Assembly (NCBI GenBank): GCA_965205335.1
Contig: OZ242164.1
Span: forward strand, 192,001 to 256,000
DNA length: 64,000 nucleotides
Reading direction: 5' to 3'
Source: Candidatus Woesearchaeota archaeon
GTDB lineage: Archaea; Nanobdellota; Nanobdellia; Woesearchaeales; UBA583
The notes beneath the pieces were generated by a model, which saw only the letters and a program-made list of their open reading frames with translations, made no database searches and was not told the DNA's origin. Below, one piece after another: positions 1-9,957 of this stretch. A program made the position numbers and the translations under genes. The first letter of the stretch is position 1, and each line of letters opens with the position of its first letter.

Positions 1-433
1 GATCTAAAGATTTAGATGTAAACAACTTACTAACAACCTTCTCAAGAACAGAAAGGTGTAAAGATTTTACTATAGATATATACAAACTGCCACCAACCTC
101 CTCAAGAGCAGGAAGATGTGAAGATTTTGCATAAGATGCATTCAAATTACCACCAACTATCTTAAGAGCAGGGAGATATAAAGATTTTGCACTATATACA
201 TCCAACTTACCACCAACATATTCAAGGCTTTTATATAAAATTCTACCTGAATCAGAAGTATCAGAAAAATTACCCTCAATTCTCTTAATTCTATTCTTTT
301 TATCCTCATTCAAATCTGTAAAATCCCATACAATCCTTGGATATAAAAAGAATTTCTCTAACCCCCCATAATTGCTATCATCTAACTTAACAGTCTTAGA
401 AATTATAGAGTCACTTTCGTCTAAATCAGTCAT
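1..433 (-). CDS. Partial (runs off window start) protein with 20-aa LxxVGGxL repeats, LRR/receptor-L-domain-like
   Basis: Not in ORF track. ATG at 433 gives an open frame MTDLDESDS...SLEYVGGKLDVYSAKSLYLPALKIVGGNLNASYAKSSHLPALEEVGGSLYISIVKSLHLSVLEKVV; 60-bp periodicity visible in 1-230. Confidence 0.75.
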   Translation of the reverse strand, partial: MTDLDESDSIISKTVKLDDSNYGGLEKFFLYPRIVWDFTDLNEDKKNRIKRIEGNFSDTSDSGRILYKSLEYVGGKLDVYSAKSLYLPALKIVGGNLNASYAKSSHLPALEEVGGSLYISIVKSLHLSVLEKVVSKLFTSKSLD

Positions 434-537
434 ATTACTTAATTCAATTAAATATTAATTTATGTAATTTTGCTTTTGTAAAGAGCATCCAAAACTTATA
501 AGATATCTTTATAAACAAAAATAATTTGGTGATTTAT

Positions 538-2067
538 ATGAGCAAAATTAGCATTGAGGAACTCGCTACATTCTGCAAAAAAAAAGGATTTGTATTTGCG
601 GCGGGAGAAATCTACGGTGGACTTAGCGGATTCTTTGACTTCGGACCCCTAGGGGTTGAACTAAAAAATAACCTAAAACAAATATACTGGAAAGAATTCG
701 TCCTAAAAAGAGAAGATATAGTAGGTCAGGATGGTTCAACTATTACAAATCCAAAAGTCTGGAAAGCTTCAGGACACATTGATAACTTTGCAGATTTAAT
801 TCTCACAACAAAAAAAACGAACACAAAAATAAGAGCGGACACATTCATCGAGGACAAACTAAAAATTCCTGCAGATGGAATGACTACCAAACAAATCAAT
901 GACTTAATCAAAAAACACAAACTAACATATGAAGGTGAGGAATTTAACGAAGTTAAAGACTTTAATTTAATGTTTCAAACTCAGGTTGGAGCGGATTCCT
1001 CAAAAAATTCAACTGCATACCTAAGACCTGAAACCGCACAGAGCATCTTTCCGAACTTTAAAATAATCACAGAAACATCAAGAATGACTCTTCCCTTTGG
1101 AATAACTCAAATCGGAAAAGCATACCGAAATGAAATATCCCCAAGAGATTTTGTTTTCAGAGACAGAGAATTTGAACAAATAGAGATGGAATACTTCTTC
1201 AACCCCCTAAACAAATGCGAGGAACTAAATAATAAGATTCTTAATGTAAAATTCCAATTCCTTGATGCCAAAACTCAAAAAAAAGGAAAATCAGATATAA
1301 GAGAAACAACATTTAAAGAATTAATTCAAAACAAAGAATACAAATTCAACACATTTCATGCTTACTGGCTTTCAAAATTCTTTATCTGGTTCAAAGATGA
1401 AATTGGTTTATCATACGAGAACATGAGAATCAGAGAACACACAAAATCTGAACTATCACATTACTCCTGTGCAACATTTGATATTGAATACAATTTTCCA
1501 ATGGGTTTTAAAGAAATGTTTGGCATGGCAAACCGTGGAAATTATGATTTAACAAAACATGCACAGCACTCAAAAACCAAAATGGAAATATTTGATGAAG
1601 CAACCAAATCAAGAATCATTCCACATGTAATTGAACCAACAATTGGAGTTGAAAGACTAATGATGGCTGTCCTATGCGAATCATATAACGATGACAAACA
1701 AAGAGGAAACATTGTCTTAAACATACCTCCAAAAATCTCCCCATACAAAGCTACAGTTCTTCCCCTTGTTAATAAAGAAAAAATATTAGAAAAAGCAAGA
1801 AAAATCTTTGAAGAATTAATATTTAATGAAATCAGCACATTTTATGACAAATCTGGAAGCATAGGGAGAAGATATGCAAGGCAGGACGAAATTGGAACTC
1901 CATTTTGTTTAACCATTGACTTTGAGACAATTGAAGAAGGAGAACTCAAAAACACGATAACGCTTCGTCAAAGAGAAACAACAGAGCAGAAAAGAATTAA
2001 CGCAGAAAATATCTCAGAAACAATTAATGGTTTAGTCAAAGGAAACATACAATTCAAAAATTTATAA
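538..2067 (+). CDS. glyS: Glycine--tRNA ligase (alpha2 archaeal/eukaryotic type)
   Basis: IYGGLSGFFDFGPLG, YLRPETAQ, GKAYRNEISPR, EPTIGVER, SIGRRYARQDEIG; TTTATAAA at 508-515 favours ATG 538. Confidence 0.97.
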   Translation: MSKISIEELATFCKKKGFVFAAGEIYGGLSGFFDFGPLGVELKNNLKQIYWKEFVLKREDIVGQDGSTITNPKVWKASGHIDNFADLILTTKKTNTKIRADTFIEDKLKIPADGMTTKQINDLIKKHKLTYEGEEFNEVKDFNLMFQTQVGADSSKNSTAYLRPETAQSIFPNFKIITETSRMTLPFGITQIGKAYRNEISPRDFVFRDREFEQIEMEYFFNPLNKCEELNNKILNVKFQFLDAKTQKKGKSDIRETTFKELIQNKEYKFNTFHAYWLSKFFIWFKDEIGLSYENMRIREHTKSELSHYSCATFDIEYNFPMGFKEMFGMANRGNYDLTKHAQHSKTKMEIFDEATKSRIIPHVIEPTIGVERLMMAVLCESYNDDKQRGNIVLNIPPKISPYKATVLPLVNKEKILEKARKIFEELIFNEISTFYDKSGSIGRRYARQDEIGTPFCLTIDFETIEEGELKNTITLRQRETTEQKRINAENISETINGLVKGNIQFKNL

Positions 2068-2068
2068 A

Positions 2069-3811
2069 ATGAGAGAAGAAATAATAAAGTTCTTAGAAGG
2101 AAACCTTGAACCTAAAATTGATTACCATAAGTTACTTAACAAGTCCAGTTCAGACGACTATGGAGATTTCTCGCTTCTTGTCTTTGAACTATCAAAAAAA
2201 CTTAGAAAATCCCCTGATGACATAGCAAAATCCTTTGAAAAAAAACTATCTAAATCTCTTCCAAAACAAATCAAAAAAATCATTGCAAAAGGAGGATACT
2301 TAAATTTCTATTTAGACAATCTCGCATTAACTGAAGGCATTATAAAAAAAATCCACTCAGAAGAAATGTTTAATCCCAAAATTTCAAAAAAAGAAAAAAT
2401 TATGATAGAATATCCATCCCCTAACACAAACAAATCTCTGCACATAGGACATATCAGAAATATCTTACTTGGAAACTCTTTAAGTCATATACTGAAAAAA
2501 GTTGGGCACACAATTATTAAAACAACATTAAATAACGACAGAGGAATTGCAATATGCAAAGCAATGCTTGGTTACGAATTATTTTTTAGCAATGACACCC
2601 CTGAATCCCTGAATATGAAATCAGATGAATTTGTCGGCATGTGCTACTTTGAATTTGAAAAAAGATTGGAGGAAAATAAAAAACAATCTAACAAAAACAA
2701 AAAAGAAAACTTGGAAAAACAGGTTCAGAAAATGCTTGTCAAATGGGAAGCAGGAGATAAAAAAACACGAGAACTATGGACTAAAATTCTTGACTGGGTA
2801 TATAAAGGATATGCTATAACATTTTATGACTTAAAACTTGAAAGATTTGACAAATCATATTTTGAATCTCAAATTTATGATAAAGGAAGAGAAATAATAT
2901 TAGATGCCCTAAAAAGAAAAATTAAGGGATTTGAGAAAGACAAAGATGGTAGTGTCCTATGCGATTTTGAGGACAAAACATATGGTAAAAAATACCTTCT
3001 AAGAAAAGATGGGACAGCTCTTTACATGACTACGGACTTATACCTCGCAAAAATCAAAGTAGATGAATTTAATTGTGACAAATACATCTTCGTAGTCGGA
3101 AGAGAACAAGAGCATCACTTTGAGATTCTCTTTGAACTGCTTGATAGAATTGGAATTGCCAAATCCCAAGAAAATTACCACTATGCTTATGGCTATGTCT
3201 TTGATAAAAACGGAGAAAAATTCTCATCACGAAAAGGAAGAACCATAAGTGCTGATGATTTATTAGAGATGATGCGAGAGAGTGCAAAAGAGAACCTGCT
3301 CTTAAAAGAAATGACCAAGAACCTATCTCAAACCGAATTAAAGAGAAGAGTAAATATTATAGGCTACGGAGCAATGGCTTTTACAATCCTGAACACAAAT
3401 CCTATGTTAGACATAAGATTTGATATAGACAAGACATTAGACTTCATAGGTGAGACAGGTCCCTACTTACAGTACACATACGCAAGAATTAATTCAGTTC
3501 TAAAAAAAGCAGAATTCAAAAGCACAGATATTGATGTTTCTATTTATACTGATAAAGAAATCTCACTAATCAAAAAACTTGGTGACTACAGTGATATTTT
3601 AATTGATTCAGCAGACAAATTAAAACCATCATTAATAGCTAACTATCTAATCAAATTAGCTCAGAGTTACAATGAATTCTATCAAAGCACTCCAATATTA
3701 AAATCAACTGAAAAGAAAAAATCAGTTAGATTAGAATTAAGTTATTTAGTAGCAAAAACCCTAAAAGAAGGCTTGGAACTGTTAGATATTGACACACTAG
3801 ATGAAATGTGA
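2069..3811 (+). CDS. argS: Arginine--tRNA ligase
   Basis: EYPSPNTNKSLHIGH, KFSSRKG, GPYLQYTYARI, C-terminal DALR-type domain ending in LDEM. Confidence 0.97.
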   Translation: MREEIIKFLEGNLEPKIDYHKLLNKSSSDDYGDFSLLVFELSKKLRKSPDDIAKSFEKKLSKSLPKQIKKIIAKGGYLNFYLDNLALTEGIIKKIHSEEMFNPKISKKEKIMIEYPSPNTNKSLHIGHIRNILLGNSLSHILKKVGHTIIKTTLNNDRGIAICKAMLGYELFFSNDTPESLNMKSDEFVGMCYFEFEKRLEENKKQSNKNKKENLEKQVQKMLVKWEAGDKKTRELWTKILDWVYKGYAITFYDLKLERFDKSYFESQIYDKGREIILDALKRKIKGFEKDKDGSVLCDFEDKTYGKKYLLRKDGTALYMTTDLYLAKIKVDEFNCDKYIFVVGREQEHHFEILFELLDRIGIAKSQENYHYAYGYVFDKNGEKFSSRKGRTISADDLLEMMRESAKENLLLKEMTKNLSQTELKRRVNIIGYGAMAFTILNTNPMLDIRFDIDKTLDFIGETGPYLQYTYARINSVLKKAEFKSTDIDVSIYTDKEISLIKKLGDYSDILIDSADKLKPSLIANYLIKLAQSYNEFYQSTPILKSTEKKKSVRLELSYLVAKTLKEGLELLDIDTLDEM

Positions 3812-3918
3812 AAATTTTTAAGTGGTTAAACTCTATATTATAGGATAATCATAATATATTACATTTGTCTTAAAAAAATAAGAAAAAATTTTTTAAACTC
3901 TAAGTTTGCACATAAAAT

Positions 3919-5547
3919 ATGTTAGATAATTTAAGAAAACTTGTTTTTGGTTTGGGTGAGTTTGAAAAAATAAGAATAGATGACAGATTTAAAAAAATTG
4001 CATCCCTTCTTAACTCGATTCAAATATCTAATTTAGAAGATTTTGAAATAATTGAAGAATGCTTATACAAACTAAAAGAACAGCTAAGAATAAAATCATC
4101 CAATCTAAACAGAGTAGTAAAAGACTTAGGATGTGATATATCAAAAAAACAAGTTCTTAATGTAATTGAAAAATTAGATTCAATCAGACAAAATTTCCTA
4201 AAAAAAGCTCTGATAAACACAAATAATATCACTAAAGAATTAGAAGAAAGAGAAGAAGATAGGAAGGAATTACCACAAACAAACCAGAAAAAACCAGAAC
4301 AGAAACAATCAGAAAAAAAAGAACAAAATAAATCAACTGAAAAACCAAAACCAAACGAAATTGAATTAATTGAAAAAGATGATTACAAAGTAATACTTCA
4401 CAACGGAAAAACACCATATTTAGTTGTTTTATTCAAAAATGAAATCAATTATACTACTATTAGAGATTTATCAATGATATTCTTTGAAACGTATAAAATT
4501 GGGGGAACAAACATAATAATTGAAAAAAACACCGCCCTAATAATATCAAGGTTAGAAAATGATAATCTCTTAAATCTTCCAAGAATTAATTCAGATTTAG
4601 ATAAAATATTTGAAAACTTGGCATCAAAAGAAATAGATGAGAGGCAAGAAGAATACAAAGATATAAAAGAATACAAAACAGAAGGAAAAATTCAAACGAG
4701 AAAAAACAAAGAAGATTCCCTTGATAAATTACTCTCTTCTGCATTAGAAAACTCCCAAACTCCTCCACCAAAGCCAAAGCAAGACAAATCAACTCCAGAA
4801 ATAATAGAAGGAAGATCAATTGAAATAGAAAAAAAGCCTAAAAATAAATATAATGACATTGAAATAATAAAAGATAATATTAAAGATAAATTAGAGGATA
4901 TAGGTAAAGAGACTCAAACTCCTCTAAAAGATGAAACTAAAGATAAATTAGAAGATGAGGTTGAAGAAATCCAGACATATCCAAGAGAAAAGCAGAAAAT
5001 TGAGGAAGTTAAAACAAACAAAGAAGAAAATCAATTAGAAGATGAAGAAAGGGAAGAGGAGTTGAAAGCAATACAACTTCCTTTTGAATTATACAGAGAT
5101 GAGAACATTATTGCATATCTTAAAGAAGATTCTCAAGTAAAAGGTGAGATAGTTTTACGCCCATTCTCAAACAAATCATTAAGAGAATTAAACGAATCTG
5201 AGATGCCATATATAACTATTTTCTCAAAAGTATTTGTCCAAGTACTATTTGAAGTAACTCAGGCCCAGGGAACAAACATTATTTGGAACTACAATGATAA
5301 TATAATTCAGATTATTCCAAGATTTGACAATGACAAAATAAATCTCAGTTGGGAATTAAAATCTGAAAAAGAAGAATTTTTAGAACAGATAAGAAACAGA
5401 CTAATAAAAACAATGCAAAAAGAAATTAGTACAGATGGAAAAGAGAATAGACAAGAGGAGCAACCTCCTTCAAAAGAAATAATAAATGAGGATGAAATAA
5501 AAGAAAGAGCAGAACATGTAATGGAGTCAGTTAGAAGATTACCATAA
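3919..5547 (+). CDS. Protein with two degenerate HIT-like domains and charged linkers
   Basis: LYRDENIIAYL...GEIVLRP...LFEVTQAQGTNII...IIPRFDND and an earlier FFETYKIGGTNII...IISRLEND; no HxHxH triad. Confidence 0.55.
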   Translation: MLDNLRKLVFGLGEFEKIRIDDRFKKIASLLNSIQISNLEDFEIIEECLYKLKEQLRIKSSNLNRVVKDLGCDISKKQVLNVIEKLDSIRQNFLKKALINTNNITKELEEREEDRKELPQTNQKKPEQKQSEKKEQNKSTEKPKPNEIELIEKDDYKVILHNGKTPYLVVLFKNEINYTTIRDLSMIFFETYKIGGTNIIIEKNTALIISRLENDNLLNLPRINSDLDKIFENLASKEIDERQEEYKDIKEYKTEGKIQTRKNKEDSLDKLLSSALENSQTPPPKPKQDKSTPEIIEGRSIEIEKKPKNKYNDIEIIKDNIKDKLEDIGKETQTPLKDETKDKLEDEVEEIQTYPREKQKIEEVKTNKEENQLEDEEREEELKAIQLPFELYRDENIIAYLKEDSQVKGEIVLRPFSNKSLRELNESEMPYITIFSKVFVQVLFEVTQAQGTNIIWNYNDNIIQIIPRFDNDKINLSWELKSEKEEFLEQIRNRLIKTMQKEISTDGKENRQEEQPPSKEIINEDEIKERAEHVMESVRRLP

Positions 5548-5552
5548 TCTCT

Positions 5553-7073
5553 TTATTTTAAAGTTATAGGACTATCATCTTCTACAAGAGCAATGGCATA
5601 CTTTAATTTAGTTTTGGAATTAGAATAAATAGTAAATATTACATCACCTTTAGATACCTTATCACAAACACTCTTATGAATATAAATCCCTGCGGCTTTA
5701 TCATTTGGATTCCCAAGCATAAAAGATAATTTAGCGATTTTCCTATTATGAATAGAAACAATCTTTCCATTTTCTTGACTCCTATATTCATATTTAAACT
5801 TTGCATGTTTTGGCAGTTTTCTTCTCCCTTGTGCATCAACTATCTCATCAAACTTCTTCTTTGCAAGATCTGAATCAAGAATTAATGTTGCGACAGATTC
5901 TCCCATGCCTGCTTTTGCAGCTCCTCCCATCTCAAGAAGAAGTCCTGCCATCCAGATTGCCTTATTACGCAATTTCATCGGTTGATCTTCTGAATTGTTC
6001 AAAACTTTCAAAATATCTTCAATCTCAAGCAATGGACCTACTCCTTTTCCAATTGGAGAACTACCATCTGAAATAATAACTTTCATATTCAAACCAACAG
6101 CTTTTCCTATCTTCTCAAATCTTTTCTTAAGTCTCATTCCATTTATCCTATCATACTTAGCAGTGCGTCCTATGGGGATATCTAAAAGAACATGAGTTGC
6201 CCCAGCAGACACTTTTTTTGATAAAATTGATGCAATCATCTGCCCTTCTGAATCAATTTCTAATGGATGCTCCACATTAATTATCAAGTCATCAGCAGGG
6301 CTTAAATCCAAACCACCCCCCCAAACTATGCAAGCACCAACTCTGCGAACAACTTCATCCATTTGAGACAAAGACAAATCTACGTTTGCTATAACTTCCA
6401 TTGTATCTGCTGTTCCTGAGGGAGAAGTTATTGCCCTTGATGAAGTTTTAGGAATAATAAGCCCTGCCGCTGCAACAATAGGAGTTACAAGCATAGTAGT
6501 CCTATTTCCAGGAATTCCTCCAACGCAATGCTTATCAACAATTACTCCATTTTCCGAAAGTTCTTTAAAACTCATAAACCTTCCCACATTAATCATGGCT
6601 CTCGTTAAAGCAATCGTTTCCTTATCATCAATAGGATGAGAAGCGCAGCTTAAAACAAAAAAAGTAGTCTCAATATTTGAATATCTATTCAAGACAATAT
6701 CAGTTATAATCTCATCAAAATGTTTCTGGGAAAGTCTGATTTTTCCCTTAAACTTATCTCTGACATACTCCAAAGATTTCGTCTTGCTTGCAGGAACAAT
6801 CGTTATTCTATCTCTTCTATCCAATTCTAATTTCTCAAAAACACACTTAAAAATCCCTGCCTCTCCTTTTCTTAACTTAATATCATTAGAACTTGACTCT
6901 GCAATAAGCAACTCACAGACAAGAAAAGACCTTCTCTTCAATGAACAAACCTTAGATGAGCACACCCTAACCCTATCTCCACTATGAAGTCCTAACTCCG
7001 ATGCATCCTCTCCTAAAAGCACAACATTAAACTCATCACCAGAATCTATATTAATTCTCTTAATCCTGAACAT
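5553..7073 (-). CDS. AMP phosphorylase / thymidine phosphorylase family
   Basis: VDKHCVGGIPGN, KTSSRAITSPSGTADTMEV, LSPADD; N-terminal double-psi-like extension typical of archaeal AMP phosphorylases. Confidence 0.92.
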   Translation of the reverse strand: MFRIKRINIDSGDEFNVVLLGEDASELGLHSGDRVRVCSSKVCSLKRRSFLVCELLIAESSSNDIKLRKGEAGIFKCVFEKLELDRRDRITIVPASKTKSLEYVRDKFKGKIRLSQKHFDEIITDIVLNRYSNIETTFFVLSCASHPIDDKETIALTRAMINVGRFMSFKELSENGVIVDKHCVGGIPGNRTTMLVTPIVAAAGLIIPKTSSRAITSPSGTADTMEVIANVDLSLSQMDEVVRRVGACIVWGGGLDLSPADDLIINVEHPLEIDSEGQMIASILSKKVSAGATHVLLDIPIGRTAKYDRINGMRLKKRFEKIGKAVGLNMKVIISDGSSPIGKGVGPLLEIEDILKVLNNSEDQPMKLRNKAIWMAGLLLEMGGAAKAGMGESVATLILDSDLAKKKFDEIVDAQGRRKLPKHAKFKYEYRSQENGKIVSIHNRKIAKLSFMLGNPNDKAAGIYIHKSVCDKVSKGDVIFTIYSNSKTKLKYAIALVEDDSPITLK

Positions 7074-7188
7074 AAAATTACTTCAAAAAATCTCTTTTAA
7101 TAAATTAGTACCTATTGCTGGGTTAGTAATTGCAAAAAAATCCAAAAACTAAATAAATTTATATATTCATAAAAATACAAATAAAAAT

Positions 7189-8274
7189 ATGGAAGAAGAA
7201 AATCCAAGACAATTCATTGAAATTGATTCCAAAATCGGAGAAATAGGAGAAAAACTTAATTATCTCTTGTACATTAATCCAACCAATTCACAATCCGAAA
7301 AAGAAAAATTTTTTGATAGCAATTTTGTAAATGAACCAGAGTTTAAATACAAAAATTTAGATATAGACACATGGGAAATAAAATCCCAATTAGAAAACAT
7401 TGAAATCCCAAAAGGAAGTTTTGAAAACCTAATCAAGAAAAAAATCAAATTCGTAAAAATCCAGTGCGATTTAATTGGAAATATTAACAATCCTTCCTTT
7501 TTGAATCTCTCAAAAAAATTATTTGGTTGTCCCAAGCCAGAATTAGTTGCAAAAGCCTATAAAATATTAAAACTCAAAACCAAAATTAAAAAAGATGAAA
7601 AAAGAAAAAAAATTTCCTCCTTGGAATTAAAAGAATTAATGGAAAAATGTTTAAAAGATTACTCTCTGAAAGATTGGAAAATCATTCTAAGCAAAAATTA
7701 CTCAACTTCTGTTCTTAGTAATATTAAATCAATCTCTATTTGTCAGGATAGAGAGTTTGATGAAATAGATATAAGAAGACTTCTAATGCATGAAATTGAG
7801 GTTCACGTATTAAGATCTGAAAATGGAAGTAATCAAGTTCTTCCCTTCTGTTTTCAAAGAAATGACTCAGAATCATTAGGAACTGAAGAAGGACTTGCAA
7901 TATACACTCAAGTAAAAAACGATTTAATGCCTAATGGAAGTTGGAGAAGCATTGCATCAAGTGTTATAATAATAGATTCTTTAGTTAACGGAAAATCATT
8001 TGTGCAAACTTTCAATTTGCTTAAATCACTTGGACTCTCGGACGAATTCTCATGGAGAAAATGTCTTAGAACATATCGTGGGGGAGGTCTGACTAAAGAT
8101 TACATTTACTTAGAGGGTTACCTAAAAATTGAAGAATTTGTAAGAAAAGGTGGAAGTATTAGAGATTTGTACATTGGAAAAATAAGCATTTCTGATTTAG
8201 AATGGACTAAGCCCTTAGTTGAAAAAGGAATACTTAAAGAAGCCAGACATCTTCCTAATTTTTTAGAAAAATGA
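7189..8274 (+). CDS. DUF1704 / MATCAP-like gluzincin carboxypeptidase (QEGLA-motif family)
   Basis: HEIEVH, TEEGLA, RTYRGG, TKDYIYLEG, LYIGKI. Confidence 0.85.
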   Translation: MEEENPRQFIEIDSKIGEIGEKLNYLLYINPTNSQSEKEKFFDSNFVNEPEFKYKNLDIDTWEIKSQLENIEIPKGSFENLIKKKIKFVKIQCDLIGNINNPSFLNLSKKLFGCPKPELVAKAYKILKLKTKIKKDEKRKKISSLELKELMEKCLKDYSLKDWKIILSKNYSTSVLSNIKSISICQDREFDEIDIRRLLMHEIEVHVLRSENGSNQVLPFCFQRNDSESLGTEEGLAIYTQVKNDLMPNGSWRSIASSVIIIDSLVNGKSFVQTFNLLKSLGLSDEFSWRKCLRTYRGGGLTKDYIYLEGYLKIEEFVRKGGSIRDLYIGKISISDLEWTKPLVEKGILKEARHLPNFLEK

Positions 8275-8711
8275 AATTAGTTATTCAAAGAGTAGACAAA
8301 GCTCAGGTTAAGGTTTGTGGAAAAACTATCAGTAGCATAAACAAAGGCTTGTTAATTTTAGTTGGATTCTCTAAGACCTTTGAGGAGAAAAAGATAAATT
8401 GGGCTGTAAGAAAAATATTAAACCTAAGACTCTGGGAATCAGATGAGAAAGGTTTTGATTTATCAGTTAAAGACATAAAAGGAGAAATATTAATTGTCCC
8501 ACAGTTCACATTATTTGGAAACTGCAAGGAAGGAAACAAACCAAATTTTGCAGATGCAATGGATTATGAGAATGCTAAGAAAAACTATGACAAACTTATA
8601 AGTGCTCTTAAAGAAAACACAGAGTTAAATGTACAGAGTGGAAAATTCGGAGTTATGATGGAACTAGAATTAATTAACAATGGTCCTGTTACTATTATTC
8701 TTGAGAATTAA
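8271..8711 (+). CDS. dtd: D-aminoacyl-tRNA deacylase, bacterial/eukaryotic DTD1 type
   Basis: MKLVIQRV, KILNLRLW, VPQFTL, GKFG, NNGPVT (Gly-cisPro motif); ATGA overlap with upstream gene. Confidence 0.93.
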   Translation: MKLVIQRVDKAQVKVCGKTISSINKGLLILVGFSKTFEEKKINWAVRKILNLRLWESDEKGFDLSVKDIKGEILIVPQFTLFGNCKEGNKPNFADAMDYENAKKNYDKLISALKENTELNVQSGKFGVMMELELINNGPVTIILEN

Positions 8712-9822
8712 TCTCATCAAGAAAAACCTCAATTTCATCTTTATGGTGATTAATAAAACTTCTAAGAGATTTAATATCCTTGATGTGGATTTTCCCGATA
8801 AACAAATCCCTTATGTCGTGATTTTTGACATAATCTACAACTTTGTAAAACCCCTTAAAATAAACATAATCCTTCGTAAATCCTCCATGCTCAGAAGTAT
8901 CTCTTAAATTTCTTTTTGAACGGTAAGCAACAGAAAACGCCACTTTATCCGTAAAGCCGTAGTATTTCAGTATTTCAAAAACCTCATAAAACGATTTCTT
9001 TGTTGCATAATAAGTTGCAATTACCCTGCCTGCATAAACAAACATCTGGGCTTTGGAAAGCAGACCCTTAATATATTCAGCGTATGCTGCAAGCCCCTCC
9101 TCAGTTTCAAGATAATTGGAAGTTCCCCCCTCAAGCAGTTTAGTTTTCCACTTTGAAGCATTATAATATCTCACATAATGTACTGCTATTTCATGAGTCT
9201 TAAGCCTTTCAAGATCAAGTGTCGTAAATGTTTCATTTGGATTTATTTCAATTAAATTTTGGCTTGGTTCAATATTAATCTTTGCTGCCATATCATGATA
9301 AATAACATTAATATCATTTCCTGTTAATCTCTTAACTTCTTTCTTTAACTCTGTTCCAACTTTCTTTGGAGTTATTCTAATAAACCTTACTTTTTCTCTC
9401 TTATATTCTCTGCAATATCTTATAGCTTTTCTAAGTGTTGCGCGATCTGGCTTTCCCCAGTACTTAACAATATACTTAGTAGAATTAGGACTTCCCCATA
9501 AGAGATGGTATTTTATCTGAATTAATTTTGTTTCAAGTCTTTTCCGATATAATTTTCTTATACCTGTATAACTATTCTTAAGCATTAGTCTTCTTATCTT
9601 TTTCTTATGTTTCTCAAGAAGTTGTAAATTACATTCATACTTTTCGTATTTTATCTGAGGATTGTAAACTCTATCATCTGCAAGAGCCATAAAGAACTTC
9701 TTTTTCTCTTCTTGAAGATTAATAGGTTTTGGAATTTTAAAAGAATATTTACTGACCATTTCATTATAAAGTTTTTCAAACTCAGAAATTTTCTTCAAAT
9801 ATTTCTCTTTATTAAATTTCAT
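8695..9822 (-). CDS. Second DUF1704 / MATCAP-like carboxypeptidase
   Basis: HEIAVH, TEEGLA, RSKR, FTKDYVYFKG, LFIGKI; ATG 9822 preferred over the upstream alternative start. Confidence 0.85.
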   Translation of the reverse strand: MKFNKEKYLKKISEFEKLYNEMVSKYSFKIPKPINLQEEKKKFFMALADDRVYNPQIKYEKYECNLQLLEKHKKKIRRLMLKNSYTGIRKLYRKRLETKLIQIKYHLLWGSPNSTKYIVKYWGKPDRATLRKAIRYCREYKREKVRFIRITPKKVGTELKKEVKRLTGNDINVIYHDMAAKINIEPSQNLIEINPNETFTTLDLERLKTHEIAVHYVRYYNASKWKTKLLEGGTSNYLETEEGLAAYAEYIKGLLSKAQMFVYAGRVIATYYATKKSFYEVFEILKYYGFTDKVAFSVAYRSKRNLRDTSEHGGFTKDYVYFKGFYKVVDYVKNHDIRDLFIGKIHIKDIKSLRSFINHHKDEIEVFLDEINSQE

Positions 9823-9957
9823 TTTCAATAGCCATAAACCTTTACCTAAAAACAAGTTTTTAAATTTATCTCTTAGAATTTGCCTATTACAAATCAAATT
9901 ACAAAAAAATTAATATTCCCAATTCTTTCTCATCCCTTATTACTGCCTTTTCTCTTT

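Noticed and set aside
7112-7122. CTATTGCTGGG resembling the tRNA-Thr 3' end (possible distant att site)
   Set aside because: Only 10/11 nt, and the 38 kb in between contains core genes
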